In this document: piece by piece, positions 12,915-21,977 of the stretch
Layout: every line of letters begins with the position of its first letter
Position numbering within the stretch: position 1 is the stretch's first letter
IMG/VR virus record: IMGVR_UViG_3300042391_000634
Location: 186,001 to 250,000 of that record
Strand: one strand, 5' to 3'
DNA: 64,000 nt
Notes under the pieces: model-generated
Database searches by the model: none
What the model was told of the DNA's origin: nothing
Seen by the model: the letters and a program-made list of their open reading frames with translations, nothing else
Translations under genes and position numbers: made by a program

Positions 12915-13652
12915 ATGCCAGTTTTTTTACCATCTAAAACAATAAATTTAAAATTAGGAGCGGGAAGTTCCTCATTTCCAGACAATTTCCAAATTGACAT
13001 ATGGTCTTGGAATGTTACAACTGATGCTGCCGAATTTAATAGAACATATGCAACAGGAATTACTAAAACACAATTAGCAACCGCAGGTGTGGGTTATAAT
13101 GTTACAGGTATTACAGGTAACGATTATAAAGTTGTTGCAACTAGTACAGGAACATGTACAACATTAGACGATGTTGAGGTTTATGTGGATGCATTATCAA
13201 TATACCAACCATCATTTAGTGGAACGTTTACAGATATATATAATGGTTATCCTACGACACCACAAGTTAATACTTTTACACAAACAGGTACAGGTAGTGG
13301 AGAAGATTCGTTTGCTGTAACGGGACCTTATGGTGGTCTACAAAATATTACAGGTAATCACGTTGTTGGTATTTTTGATACTTTATCATATATAGACGCA
13401 ACAGATTTTACATTATCTTATGTAAGTGGAACATCGGGAGGAGTCACAGTTTATGATGATTATGCTAACGGACCATTTAGTAGTTTTTCTATCACTAAAT
13501 CGGGTAAATCATTCACATTAATAGGTAGTTCTAACACATCATTAGCTCCACAAAATTTTGTACCTTTTATTAAAGGAACTATGAGATTAACATATGACCC
13601 ATCAACTTATTATGTTGATTTTGATTATTGGTATAACCCAACTAACATTTAA
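12915..13652 (+). CDS. Putative virion accessory protein
   Basis: N-terminal ~90 aa (TGITKTQL...VVATSTGTC) resemble the N-termini of 13713 and 14966. Confidence 0.5.
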   Translation: MPVFLPSKTINLKLGAGSSSFPDNFQIDIWSWNVTTDAAEFNRTYATGITKTQLATAGVGYNVTGITGNDYKVVATSTGTCTTLDDVEVYVDALSIYQPSFSGTFTDIYNGYPTTPQVNTFTQTGTGSGEDSFAVTGPYGGLQNITGNHVVGIFDTLSYIDATDFTLSYVSGTSGGVTVYDDYANGPFSSFSITKSGKSFTLIGSSNTSLAPQNFVPFIKGTMRLTYDPSTYYVDFDYWYNPTNI

Positions 13653-13700
13653 TAAAACACTTTATTATAAGGGGTTTTTTGTTTAATTTCTATATAATAC

Positions 13701-13708
13701 TATTTATA
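13701..13708 (+). promoter_or_regulatory. TATTTATA putative late promoter
   Basis: 4 nt before ATG 13713. Confidence 0.5.
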
Positions 13709-13712
13709 GAAT

Positions 13713-14366
13713 ATGTCCGAATATTTTAATGCTGAAGTTAATATAGGTAAAAAGAGTAACTCAATTGAAAAAGTTAGTTTATACGCATGTTCTGGATCAA
13801 CGGAAGCAACATGTGACCCAACACCAATATCTGGTTATAATGGTATTCTATGGACAGATACAAAATTTTCACCACTTTTTGAGAGTGGTTCATATCCATC
13901 ATTATCAGGATTGGTAACATTTATAACTGGATTAACGTTATACACACATATATATATTAGAGTATTAACAACATCAAGTTATAATGGAAGTTGTATACGT
14001 AGTAATATGATACCAATTATTGGTATCCCAACTCCAACAGCAACACCATTACCAACCTCTACACCAACACCAATACCATGTAGTTTTGACGGAACCATTG
14101 TTTATGGATTACCTGTTACCCCAACTCCTACACCAACACCATTACCAACCTCAACACCAAACCCAACTAGTACACCAACCTCAACACCAAACCCAACTAG
14201 TACACCAACCTCAACACCAAACCCAACACCAACTAGTACACCAACTGTTACACCAACAGCAACAACATTAAGTGGGCCTTATTTTAACTCAATAGGATTA
14301 GCTTATAGCCCAAGTAATCCAAATAAATGTCAAGCATATACTTGTTATAATAATTTAACAACATAA
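13713..14366 (+). CDS. Virion accessory protein with PT linker
   Basis: Shared N-terminal domain, a [12 protein letters not shown] peptide, a PT tract, and a short Cys-containing C-terminal segment. Confidence 0.55.
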   Translation: MSEYFNAEVNIGKKSNSIEKVSLYACSGSTEATCDPTPISGYNGILWTDTKFSPLFESGSYPSLSGLVTFITGLTLYTHIYIRVLTTSSYNGSCIRSNMIPIIGIPTPTATPLPTSTPTPIPCSFDGTIVYGLPVTPTPTPTPLPTSTPNPTSTPTSTPNPTSTPTSTPNPTPTSTPTVTPTATTLSGPYFNSIGLAYSPSNPNKCQAYTCYNNLTT

Positions 14367-14384
14367 TTTAAAAAAAAATAATAT

Positions 14385-14705
14385 ATGAGTATACTATGTG
14401 AGTTAGTCACTTTTTATCATAATTTATCGGCAGGATCAAACGGAAATTCACTATTGAATGAAACTTTGTATGGTGACACATCAGGTGGTACAATAATGGA
14501 TGGATATTATTCCGATGGAACATATATCTACACCGTATCGGGAAGTCTTGTTACATATGTTGAAACTGCAGCTTCATTAGGATGTCAAGGTACAACACCA
14601 GAACCAACCGTAACACCAACACCACAAGGATATTCACAACAATTGGGTTATGGAACATCCTCAAATAACGCATGTATTTTCTACACCGGACCAATTGAAG
14701 GGTAA
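14385..14705 (+). CDS. Small Cys-module protein (apparent domain fragment)
   Basis: LYGD...GYYSDG...V...C, then a PT linker and LGYGTSSNNAC. Confidence 0.5.
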   Translation: MSILCELVTFYHNLSAGSNGNSLLNETLYGDTSGGTIMDGYYSDGTYIYTVSGSLVTYVETAASLGCQGTTPEPTVTPTPQGYSQQLGYGTSSNNACIFYTGPIEG

Positions 14706-14726
14706 CCACTTTAAAAATAAAAAACA

Positions 14727-14951
14727 ATGTCAGCAGGAACTTTACAATTTTATTCTAATTACGAAACATTACCAACGGCATTATTCGACGATGATATGAA
14801 CCCATTATCACCAACGCCAATTATGTATACAAATATTAACATGACTAGTACAGCAAATAATGGTTATTATTCAAATGGTGTCAATTGGTGGAGAGTAACA
14901 GGTGGTGCAGGAGTAATAACAGATACCGGTGTTTGTCCGGCGGTTGATTAA
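14727..14951 (+). CDS. Small Cys-module protein (apparent domain fragment)
   Basis: MYTN...NGYYSNG...VTGGAGVITDTGVC; A-rich start region. Confidence 0.5.
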   Translation: MSAGTLQFYSNYETLPTALFDDDMNPLSPTPIMYTNINMTSTANNGYYSNGVNWWRVTGGAGVITDTGVCPAVD

Positions 14952-14965
14952 AATAAAAAAAGAAA

Positions 14966-15934
14966 ATGTCAATACCAGTAACAATAACATTAAACACAAT
15001 AGTAGGAACACCAGGTCCTTTTAGTTTATATTCATGTATTGAATCGACTTGTTCGGGTTCATTAACACCATTTGTAACAGGAGTGTCGTTATCTGATTTA
15101 CAAACTGGTAGTTTAGTTCCTGATATTAGCGGAAATACACCTACTTACGTTAAAATTAAATCTACAGGAGGAAGTTGCGCGTATGAAATTATTAAACCAA
15201 TAACAGGAATACCTACGGTAACTCCAACTCCAACACCAACCATAACACCAACACCTGGTTCAACTAGTACCCCAACTCCAACTCCAACTCCAACAGCAAC
15301 AACGGGAACATGTGTACCTAAAGAATATAACATAACAGCTAACGGTAATTTCTATTGGATTGATTGTGAAGGAAATGACAGATATAGTTATTTTACAACT
15401 GCAGATAGTCCAATATGTATTTGTAGTTCAAGTAATTTACCAATATCGTTAGATGGTGGAACAGGAACATTAGCGGGCGGTGGATGTGAATGTAATCCAG
15501 TAACACCAACTCCAACACCGACAGTTACACCAACACCAACCCCAACACCAAACTATTATAATGTAAAAGTTAAATTAGTAGGTATGATGGGTACCAGTGG
15601 GAATTTAACGGTACGTCAATCATCAGATGGTATAACATTTATAAATTCAGTAACAATAACTACCACAGATAACGATGTTGCTCAACAGTCCTTTAACGGT
15701 ACACCAGGTTATTATTATTACTTTATAGTTGCAAGAACTTCAGGTAATTCTGATAGATTGAATTGGTATACCCAAGTATTCCCATCCGACTTCAATCCTG
15801 GATCGATAGCTGATGCCGGTTGCACTTCACTTGGAGGAGCAACATTACAATCAGAGACTTTCCAATTACCAAATCCGACACAAAGTGTATCTGAAGTGTT
15901 ATTTTATGGAGATATAAGTGACGCATGTCTATAA
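14966..15934 (+). CDS. Virion accessory protein with PT linkers and Cys-rich modules
   Basis: N-terminal GPFSLYSC...TGVSLSDL...KIKSTGGSC domain, two PT tracts and a WIDCEG module. Confidence 0.55.
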   Translation: MSIPVTITLNTIVGTPGPFSLYSCIESTCSGSLTPFVTGVSLSDLQTGSLVPDISGNTPTYVKIKSTGGSCAYEIIKPITGIPTVTPTPTPTITPTPGSTSTPTPTPTPTATTGTCVPKEYNITANGNFYWIDCEGNDRYSYFTTADSPICICSSSNLPISLDGGTGTLAGGGCECNPVTPTPTPTVTPTPTPTPNYYNVKVKLVGMMGTSGNLTVRQSSDGITFINSVTITTTDNDVAQQSFNGTPGYYYYFIVARTSGNSDRLNWYTQVFPSDFNPGSIADAGCTSLGGATLQSETFQLPNPTQSVSEVLFYGDISDACL

Positions 15935-15950
15935 TAAAATTAAACAAAGA

Positions 15951-15958
15951 TATTTATA
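15951..15958 (+). promoter_or_regulatory. TATTTATA putative late promoter
   Basis: 4 nt before ATG 15963. Confidence 0.5.
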
Positions 15959-15962
15959 ACAT

Positions 15963-18041
15963 ATGAGTTTTTTAAATAGTAATAATTCGGAGTTCTTGTC
16001 AGCAAGAATAACCAATAGAGGTAGAAAGGCAATAGCCAAAGGTAGTTTCAATATTGAATATTTTCAAATTGGGGACTCTGAATATGATTACACAACACCA
16101 TTCACAAACTTAACGGGAACCACAGGTCACCAAAAAGTGTTTGCACCATTTGATTATGATGCGGGTGTAAAATACCCACTTTCATTAGATTCGGATCTTA
16201 CAACAACTTATGGACAACCAATATCAAATAGTGAAACGATTAAATTAAGAAATGAAATGGGTGCTGGTGGATTTGTATCACAATATTCAAGTGCTCCAAT
16301 AGTAAAAACCGAAACTCAACAAATTGCATATACCAAAATAAGTGGAACAACAAGTTTAGTTGTTCCGACTGGAGTAACATTTAATGATTGTGAATATATT
16401 ACAATAGTATTTGATAGTTTTTCAACCAAAACAATAACAGGACAAACAAATAGTTTAATTTATAAAGTATTATCTATTAGTGGAAACACATTAACATTAG
16501 ATCGTAACACACCAAACTTAGCGACTTTAACCGGTAATGCACAAGTTGTTTGTAACAAATGTTTAATAGAAGAACAAACTGACGACGTATTCAATCCAAT
16601 TGATTACACAGGCCAATTAAATTCGTGGACATTAAACACGGTATGGACAGAAAAACCAATCGGTGGTGATTATAATGGAACAGATGAAAGTCTATCTGGA
16701 TATACAAGTAATCAATATGTATCAATCAAAAATTTATTAGGTTATACTAAAACAGGACAAACATTTAATAATTTAACAGGAGGAACAATAACAGGAACAA
16801 CATTTAAAAATTCGTTTGATGAATTAATACAAGTTTCACCGTCAGAACAAAGATGTATTGCAATAGTTCATTATTCTGAATTGGGAGATATAGTTGTTGA
16901 CCCCGAAAGATTTTTTAAATATGATGATTACATAAGTTCATTAACAGGAACAACCGGAACGAGTATTTCGTTATTTAATGAGTTAGATGGCGCAGATAGA
17001 GACTACGATAAAAGTGATAGTGAATATTTTGAAGTTTATATTCCATTTATTTATTATCATAGAAATACAGGAACAACATTAGGTGCTTTATTTACAATGG
17101 ATACAACTGATTATTATATTAATTCATCAATTAACTCAAGAAATCAACTTAAGTTTAGATTTTTAGTTGACGAACAAAATAATAAAGTGGGTAAAGTTTT
17201 TGTGAATAATAAAATAATCGTATTTGATGACCAAGAATTGGTTGCGATGTTAGATTATAGGTCAAATAGAAGATACACATTACCATCACCAAAATTAGGG
17301 TTATCATCAAGTGACGGAGTTGCCGCACAATCTATGGTAACAACTACAGGAGATACGGCTTGGGTTACATATATGTTTGAAAATACAAGTGGTAATACTT
17401 TAAATTCATTCCCTTGTAATTATTTTAATAAAATTAGTGGTAATGGAACACCATCACAAATAATGTTTAAATTTAGTGGTAACTCATTTTCCAATATGGC
17501 AACAACGTTAAGTGGAGTAAAAGATGGTTATGTTGCAAATAAATTTTACGCATTAGTTCAAACAGGAACAACACCAACACCAAATTTATGGAAAAAAATA
17601 GATATCACTTCACAAATACCAAGTTATACAAGTGGTTATATTAACCCAACAAGTTTAACGGGAGTATCATTTACAATATCTTATTCAGGTTATACAGGTG
17701 CAACCGCATTTGATTTTGAAGACCATATGTCAGGAGTAACTTCCGATTATCTATGGAACACAACAGGTTCAACAACACAACCTCAATTCGGTGACGAACA
17801 ACCATTCCCTGGTAGTGTTAGATTGGTTAGAGCAAGTGATATTGAAGAGATGAATATGATAATTAACTTACCGTCCACACAATTTACAACAACTCAAAAT
17901 CCAACGTATACTTCTGGAGATAAATACATTACCGAAGTTGCATTATTAGATTCTAATAAGGAACCGTTAGTTGTTGCAAAAACACCGACACCCGTTAAAA
18001 GAGCAGGAACTCAAGTGTTTGCTATCAGATTAGATTTCTAA
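15963..18041 (+). CDS. Baseplate/tail-fibre attachment protein (DUF3751-like termini)
   Basis: N-terminal ARITNRGRKAIAKG..IEYFQIGDSE and C-terminal YITEVALLD...LVVAK..PVKR...RLDF resemble tail-collar/baseplate proteins of large myophages. Confidence 0.55.
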   Translation: MSFLNSNNSEFLSARITNRGRKAIAKGSFNIEYFQIGDSEYDYTTPFTNLTGTTGHQKVFAPFDYDAGVKYPLSLDSDLTTTYGQPISNSETIKLRNEMGAGGFVSQYSSAPIVKTETQQIAYTKISGTTSLVVPTGVTFNDCEYITIVFDSFSTKTITGQTNSLIYKVLSISGNTLTLDRNTPNLATLTGNAQVVCNKCLIEEQTDDVFNPIDYTGQLNSWTLNTVWTEKPIGGDYNGTDESLSGYTSNQYVSIKNLLGYTKTGQTFNNLTGGTITGTTFKNSFDELIQVSPSEQRCIAIVHYSELGDIVVDPERFFKYDDYISSLTGTTGTSISLFNELDGADRDYDKSDSEYFEVYIPFIYYHRNTGTTLGALFTMDTTDYYINSSINSRNQLKFRFLVDEQNNKVGKVFVNNKIIVFDDQELVAMLDYRSNRRYTLPSPKLGLSSSDGVAAQSMVTTTGDTAWVTYMFENTSGNTLNSFPCNYFNKISGNGTPSQIMFKFSGNSFSNMATTLSGVKDGYVANKFYALVQTGTTPTPNLWKKIDITSQIPSYTSGYINPTSLTGVSFTISYSGYTGATAFDFEDHMSGVTSDYLWNTTGSTTQPQFGDEQPFPGSVRLVRASDIEEMNMIINLPSTQFTTTQNPTYTSGDKYITEVALLDSNKEPLVVAKTPTPVKRAGTQVFAIRLDF

Positions 18042-18080
18042 CTCTTTACTATTCAGTTAATTTAAGTTAATTTTTACTCT

Positions 18081-18689
18081 ATGAGTATAGATATTAATTT
18101 CAAAAACAAACCAAAGATTCTCGGTCTTGACATCAGCACGAAGACGATCGGCTTTGCTTTATTTGATATGACGGGTTCTAAATTATTAGAACTAACACAT
18201 TTTTCACCAAAAATTAAACCACAACCTGAAGATAAGATTGAGGAATTAATTAAAAAAGCTGACGCATTCAAAAAACATTTGGAAAGTTATAAAGACATGG
18301 GGATTCTTCGTGTCATCATTGAAGAACCATTGTTGCAGTCAAATAATATCTATACCATTGGAACATTATTACGTTATAACACGTTGATACTCAAGAACTG
18401 TTACGATGTATTAGGAGTTTTACCAACATTTATTTCAACATATAATTCAAGAAAATTTGCGTTCCCTGATTTGGTAGGACCAAATGATAAAGGACGTAAT
18501 GTTCTATTTGGTGGATACCCAAGAGATATAGATAAGAAACATGTTATTTGGGAACACGTTAATAGTGTGTGTCCTGATGTAAATTGGTTATACGGTAAAA
18601 CAGGTAATCTTAAAAAAGAAAACTATGACATGGCAGATGCGGCATGTTGTGTAATTGGTTATGTTAATATGAACAAACAAACATCTTAA
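18081..18689 (+). CDS. RuvC-like Holliday junction resolvase
   Basis: ILGLDISTKTIGFA (RNase H fold D), VIIEEP and DMADA match the RuvC catalytic pattern. Confidence 0.8.
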   Translation: MSIDINFKNKPKILGLDISTKTIGFALFDMTGSKLLELTHFSPKIKPQPEDKIEELIKKADAFKKHLESYKDMGILRVIIEEPLLQSNNIYTIGTLLRYNTLILKNCYDVLGVLPTFISTYNSRKFAFPDLVGPNDKGRNVLFGGYPRDIDKKHVIWEHVNSVCPDVNWLYGKTGNLKKENYDMADAACCVIGYVNMNKQTS

Positions 18690-18703
18690 AATTTTCGGCA
18701 ACT
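18690..18703 (+). promoter_or_regulatory. 14-bp intergenic box AATTTTCGGCAACT, copy 1
   Basis: Identical copy at 21964-21977; both are followed by TTTAC and TATATTT(T)ATTAATA. Confidence 0.45.
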
Positions 18704-18745
18704 AATATTTTACATTACAGGTTGTTATAGATATATTTATTAATA

Positions 18746-18817
18746 GGACGGGACGAGAGTTAAAATCCTCGTTTGGTTGGAGGGAGTCGAGGTGGTGTTC
18801 GGCTCCCATTTTTTTTT
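18746..18817 (+). ncRNA. Candidate ~70-nt small RNA ending in an intrinsic terminator
   Basis: GC-rich island between genes. Hairpin 18747-18778, hairpin GGGAGTCGA/TCGGCTCCC 18782-18807 followed by T9, and a promoter-like TATATTTATT just upstream. Confidence 0.5.
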
Positions 18818-18844
18818 ATCATACTTTTTTATTATATTTTGATA

Positions 18845-19786
18845 ATGAGCACCCAAGAAGTAGATTACTCCGCAGTATTCGATATTTTAGAAGATATGTT
18901 TGGTGACTATAAAAATCACAATGATTATAGATACCAAGTGTCATTTGACTGCCCCGTGTGTTCACACGAAATTAAAGGGTTAGAACAAGGAGATGGTAAA
19001 GGAAATCTTGAGGTGAATTACAAGTATGGTGTTTATAAATGTTGGGTGTGTGCTGAAACACATGGAACTCATGGTTCAATTTATAAACTAATTAAAAAGT
19101 TTGGGAATCCAAAACAATTAAAGAAATATCTTTTATTGAAACCTGAGGATGATGAAGAGATTGCAAATAGAACATACAAACCAGTTAAATTACCAAAAGA
19201 ATTTATTTTATTTAAAGATGCTAGTATGGGACTTAAGATGACCCCACAATACAAGCAGGCATATAACTATATCAAAAATAGACACATAACAGATTTGATG
19301 TTACAAATCTATAATATTGGTTTTTGTTATAGTGGACCATATGAAAGTAGAATTATAATTCCATCTTATGACGAGAACAAAAGAATAAATTATTTTATTG
19401 CTCGTTCTTATTTACAGAAGACAAAAAGAAAATACATGAATCCTGAAGCACAAAAGGAAACAATTATTTTCAATGAACATTTAATTAATTGGGACGAACC
19501 AATATACATAGTAGAAGGAGCTTTTGATAGTATTTTTATTCCTAATGCAATTCCAATGTTGGGAAAGTTTATTAGTGAACATTTATTTATGAAACTCTAC
19601 AATAATGCCAAAAAAATAGTTATAGTATTAGATCCTGATGCGTATAATGACCAAGAAAGATTATACCATAGGTTAAACTGTGGTAAGTTAATGGGGAAAG
19701 TGTGGAGTATTAAATTGGAAGGAGATAAAGATATTGCCGATTTACAAGGGAACTTAAGTGAATATAAAATGAAACAAATAGATTAG
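18845..19786 (+). CDS. DnaG-type DNA primase (Zn finger + TOPRIM)
   Basis: CPVC...CWVC zinc-binding region, RIIIPS, IVEGAFD, LDPDA. Start moved to ATG 18845 because the called upstream part runs through the terminator hairpin. Confidence 0.85.
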   Translation: MSTQEVDYSAVFDILEDMFGDYKNHNDYRYQVSFDCPVCSHEIKGLEQGDGKGNLEVNYKYGVYKCWVCAETHGTHGSIYKLIKKFGNPKQLKKYLLLKPEDDEEIANRTYKPVKLPKEFILFKDASMGLKMTPQYKQAYNYIKNRHITDLMLQIYNIGFCYSGPYESRIIIPSYDENKRINYFIARSYLQKTKRKYMNPEAQKETIIFNEHLINWDEPIYIVEGAFDSIFIPNAIPMLGKFISEHLFMKLYNNAKKIVIVLDPDAYNDQERLYHRLNCGKLMGKVWSIKLEGDKDIADLQGNLSEYKMKQID

Positions 19787-19787
19787 A

Positions 19788-20657
19788 ATGAATTTAAAAG
19801 ACATATCATTAGAAATTAATGATTTATTAGAAAAAAGAAGACAAGAATTAGAATTAACATTCATAGAAGAAGAACATATCTACTATATGAAAGATGTTGA
19901 TGGTGAAGTTAAAAAGAACTTTCCATCAGTATCAAAAATTGTAAAGAAATTTCATAAACCATTTGATGCTGATGGTATGGCATTAAAAATGTCTAAAGGT
20001 GACCCTGAAGGACAAGCGGAATTACTTGCCGAATGGAAAGAAGCTGGTGACCTATCAACTAATATGGGTAGTAGAGTTCACTTTGAATTGGAGAAAGATT
20101 TAATTGGTCGTTTTGGTAATTACAAAGAAGTTAGGCAACCGATATTTGAGATTAATGAAGAACAACAACGCAAAAGTGATGCAATGATTAAAGCGGGAAA
20201 AGATTTTCTTGATTTAATGTTAGAACGAGGAGGGGTGTTATTAGATACAGAAATTGTATTAGGTGACCCGACAGAACAATACACGGGGCAACCCGATAAG
20301 TGTTGGTTGATGCAAAATAAAACAAAAGATGATTTTGGTTTTGTAATTACTGATTGGAAATCAAATAAGCCAAAGAACTTTGAAGTACATCATTATACTG
20401 GTAGATTATACCCACCATTCAACAACTATCACGATAATGCTTTAGGACATTATTATTTACAACTACCATTATATGGTCGATTGTTGCATAAGATGTTAGA
20501 AGGAACAAAATATTCCGATACTAAATTATTAGGTGGAGTTATAGTTCTATTAAAAGAAGATGGGACATTTACTGAATATAAAGTTCCACCACAAATAACA
20601 AATGCAATCCTTACAATGGATTTATCAAAATATATTTCAAGATGGTCAAAAAAATAA
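19788..20657 (+). CDS. PD-(D/E)XK exonuclease (RecB/Cas4-like superfamily)
   Basis: PSVS, GSRVH, GQPD, DWKS and YYLQL motifs. Confidence 0.75.
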   Translation: MNLKDISLEINDLLEKRRQELELTFIEEEHIYYMKDVDGEVKKNFPSVSKIVKKFHKPFDADGMALKMSKGDPEGQAELLAEWKEAGDLSTNMGSRVHFELEKDLIGRFGNYKEVRQPIFEINEEQQRKSDAMIKAGKDFLDLMLERGGVLLDTEIVLGDPTEQYTGQPDKCWLMQNKTKDDFGFVITDWKSNKPKNFEVHHYTGRLYPPFNNYHDNALGHYYLQLPLYGRLLHKMLEGTKYSDTKLLGGVIVLLKEDGTFTEYKVPPQITNAILTMDLSKYISRWSKK

Positions 20658-21460
20658 TACACATTGCCGATTTACATATTCGAACAATTCAAATGCATGA
20701 TTTGTATAGAGAACAATTTGAAACATTAATTGATGATATAAGAGAACATAATATCGTATGGCACCAAGAAGGTATTCAATATGAAGAAATACGTATCGTT
20801 GTTGCAGGAGATATTGCACATCAAAAGATTAATATATCTAATGAACAACTATTATTAACAAGTTGGTTCTTAAAAGAATTATCAAAATATGGTAAGGTTG
20901 TTATTATACCTGGCAATCATGATTTCTTGGAAAACAATACACAAAGAATGGATAGTATAACACCGGTGGTTCAACTATTAGATGACCCAACTATTGTTTA
21001 TTATAAAGATAGTGGTGATTATATTGATGAAAATATCCAATGGGTAGTCTATTCATTATATCAACACAACGCACGTCCTGAATTTACAAAAGATGAAACT
21101 AAATTAACTATTGGATTATTTCACGGACCTATTATGGGATTATCAACTGACTTAGGTTATGAGTTTGAGGATGCGTATGACCAATTAAACTTTGTTGATT
21201 TGGATTTATTGTTATGTGGTGATATTCACAAGAGACAACAATTCACATTACCTAACGGAGGTCATGCAATTATGGTTGGTAGTCTTATACAACAAAACTT
21301 TGGAGAGACAGTTAAACATCATGGATATGGAATATATGATGTTGCAACAAATGAATATATATTTCATGATTTAGAAAACGAACAACCATTCCTACACTTT
21401 AGAATAAACGATATCAAAGACATAGAAAATGAAACCGAAGAGCACGTTAATCTTGGATAG
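20642..21460 (+). CDS. SbcD/Mre11-like metallophosphoesterase nuclease subunit
   Basis: IADLHI, AGDI, PGNHD, FHG, GDIHKRQ and GSLIQQNFGE motifs. Confidence 0.85.
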   Translation: MVKKIIHIADLHIRTIQMHDLYREQFETLIDDIREHNIVWHQEGIQYEEIRIVVAGDIAHQKINISNEQLLLTSWFLKELSKYGKVVIIPGNHDFLENNTQRMDSITPVVQLLDDPTIVYYKDSGDYIDENIQWVVYSLYQHNARPEFTKDETKLTIGLFHGPIMGLSTDLGYEFEDAYDQLNFVDLDLLLCGDIHKRQQFTLPNGGHAIMVGSLIQQNFGETVKHHGYGIYDVATNEYIFHDLENEQPFLHFRINDIKDIENETEEHVNLG

Positions 21461-21962
21461 TGAGTTTATTCAATACTGTGAATTAAACAAAATAGTCAAT
21501 ATAGATAAGTTAGCACAGGAAACCTTCAGTAGAGGGTTTTCTTTGTTAAAGTATGGTGAGACACCAACTGGTAACAGAACTAAAGAAATAGTTGAGGTAA
21601 CAAAAGAGGTTATAAAAGAAGTTATCGTTGAGGTTGAAAAGATTGTTGAGGTTCCCGTTGAAGTCATTAGGGAGGTTATTAAAGAAATAACAATTGAGGT
21701 ACCAATAGAGGTTATTAGAGAGGTTATTGTTGAAAAGAAAGGTAAGAGTAAGACCGTAACTAAAGAGGTGATTAAAGAGGTTCCTGTTGAGAAAATAGTG
21801 GAGGTTATTAGAGAGGTTACTAATAACGATGAGATCGAAAAGTTGATGAAGGAGAATGAAAAATTAAAATCCGATTTAGATAAAATAACCAAATCTTTAA
21901 GTGGATTGGGTAAAGGTAGATACCTTAAAAATAGTGACTTAGGTTCACTATATGATGAGTGA
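21429..21962 (+). CDS. Protein with EVIKEV/EKIVEVP repeats and coiled-coil end
   Basis: Val/Ile/Glu/Lys low-complexity repeat in the middle of the ORF. Confidence 0.6.
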   Translation: MKPKSTLILDSEFIQYCELNKIVNIDKLAQETFSRGFSLLKYGETPTGNRTKEIVEVTKEVIKEVIVEVEKIVEVPVEVIREVIKEITIEVPIEVIREVIVEKKGKSKTVTKEVIKEVPVEKIVEVIREVTNNDEIEKLMKENEKLKSDLDKITKSLSGLGKGRYLKNSDLGSLYDE

Positions 21963-21963
21963 T

Positions 21964-21977
21964 AATTTTCGGCAACT
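21964..21977 (+). promoter_or_regulatory. 14-bp intergenic box AATTTTCGGCAACT, copy 2
   Basis: Identical to 18690-18703. Confidence 0.45.

Noticed and set aside
13655-13681. Possible terminator after 12915
   Set aside because: The stem is weak and mismatched; not supported well enough to list.
18781-18808. tRNA-like 3' end (GTTCGGCTCCCA)
   Set aside because: No cloverleaf, acceptor stem or anticodon arm could be built; it fits a terminator hairpin better.
18773-18844. N-terminal extension of primase called from TTG 18773
   Set aside because: It runs through a terminator hairpin and T-tract; ATG 18845 is the plausible start.
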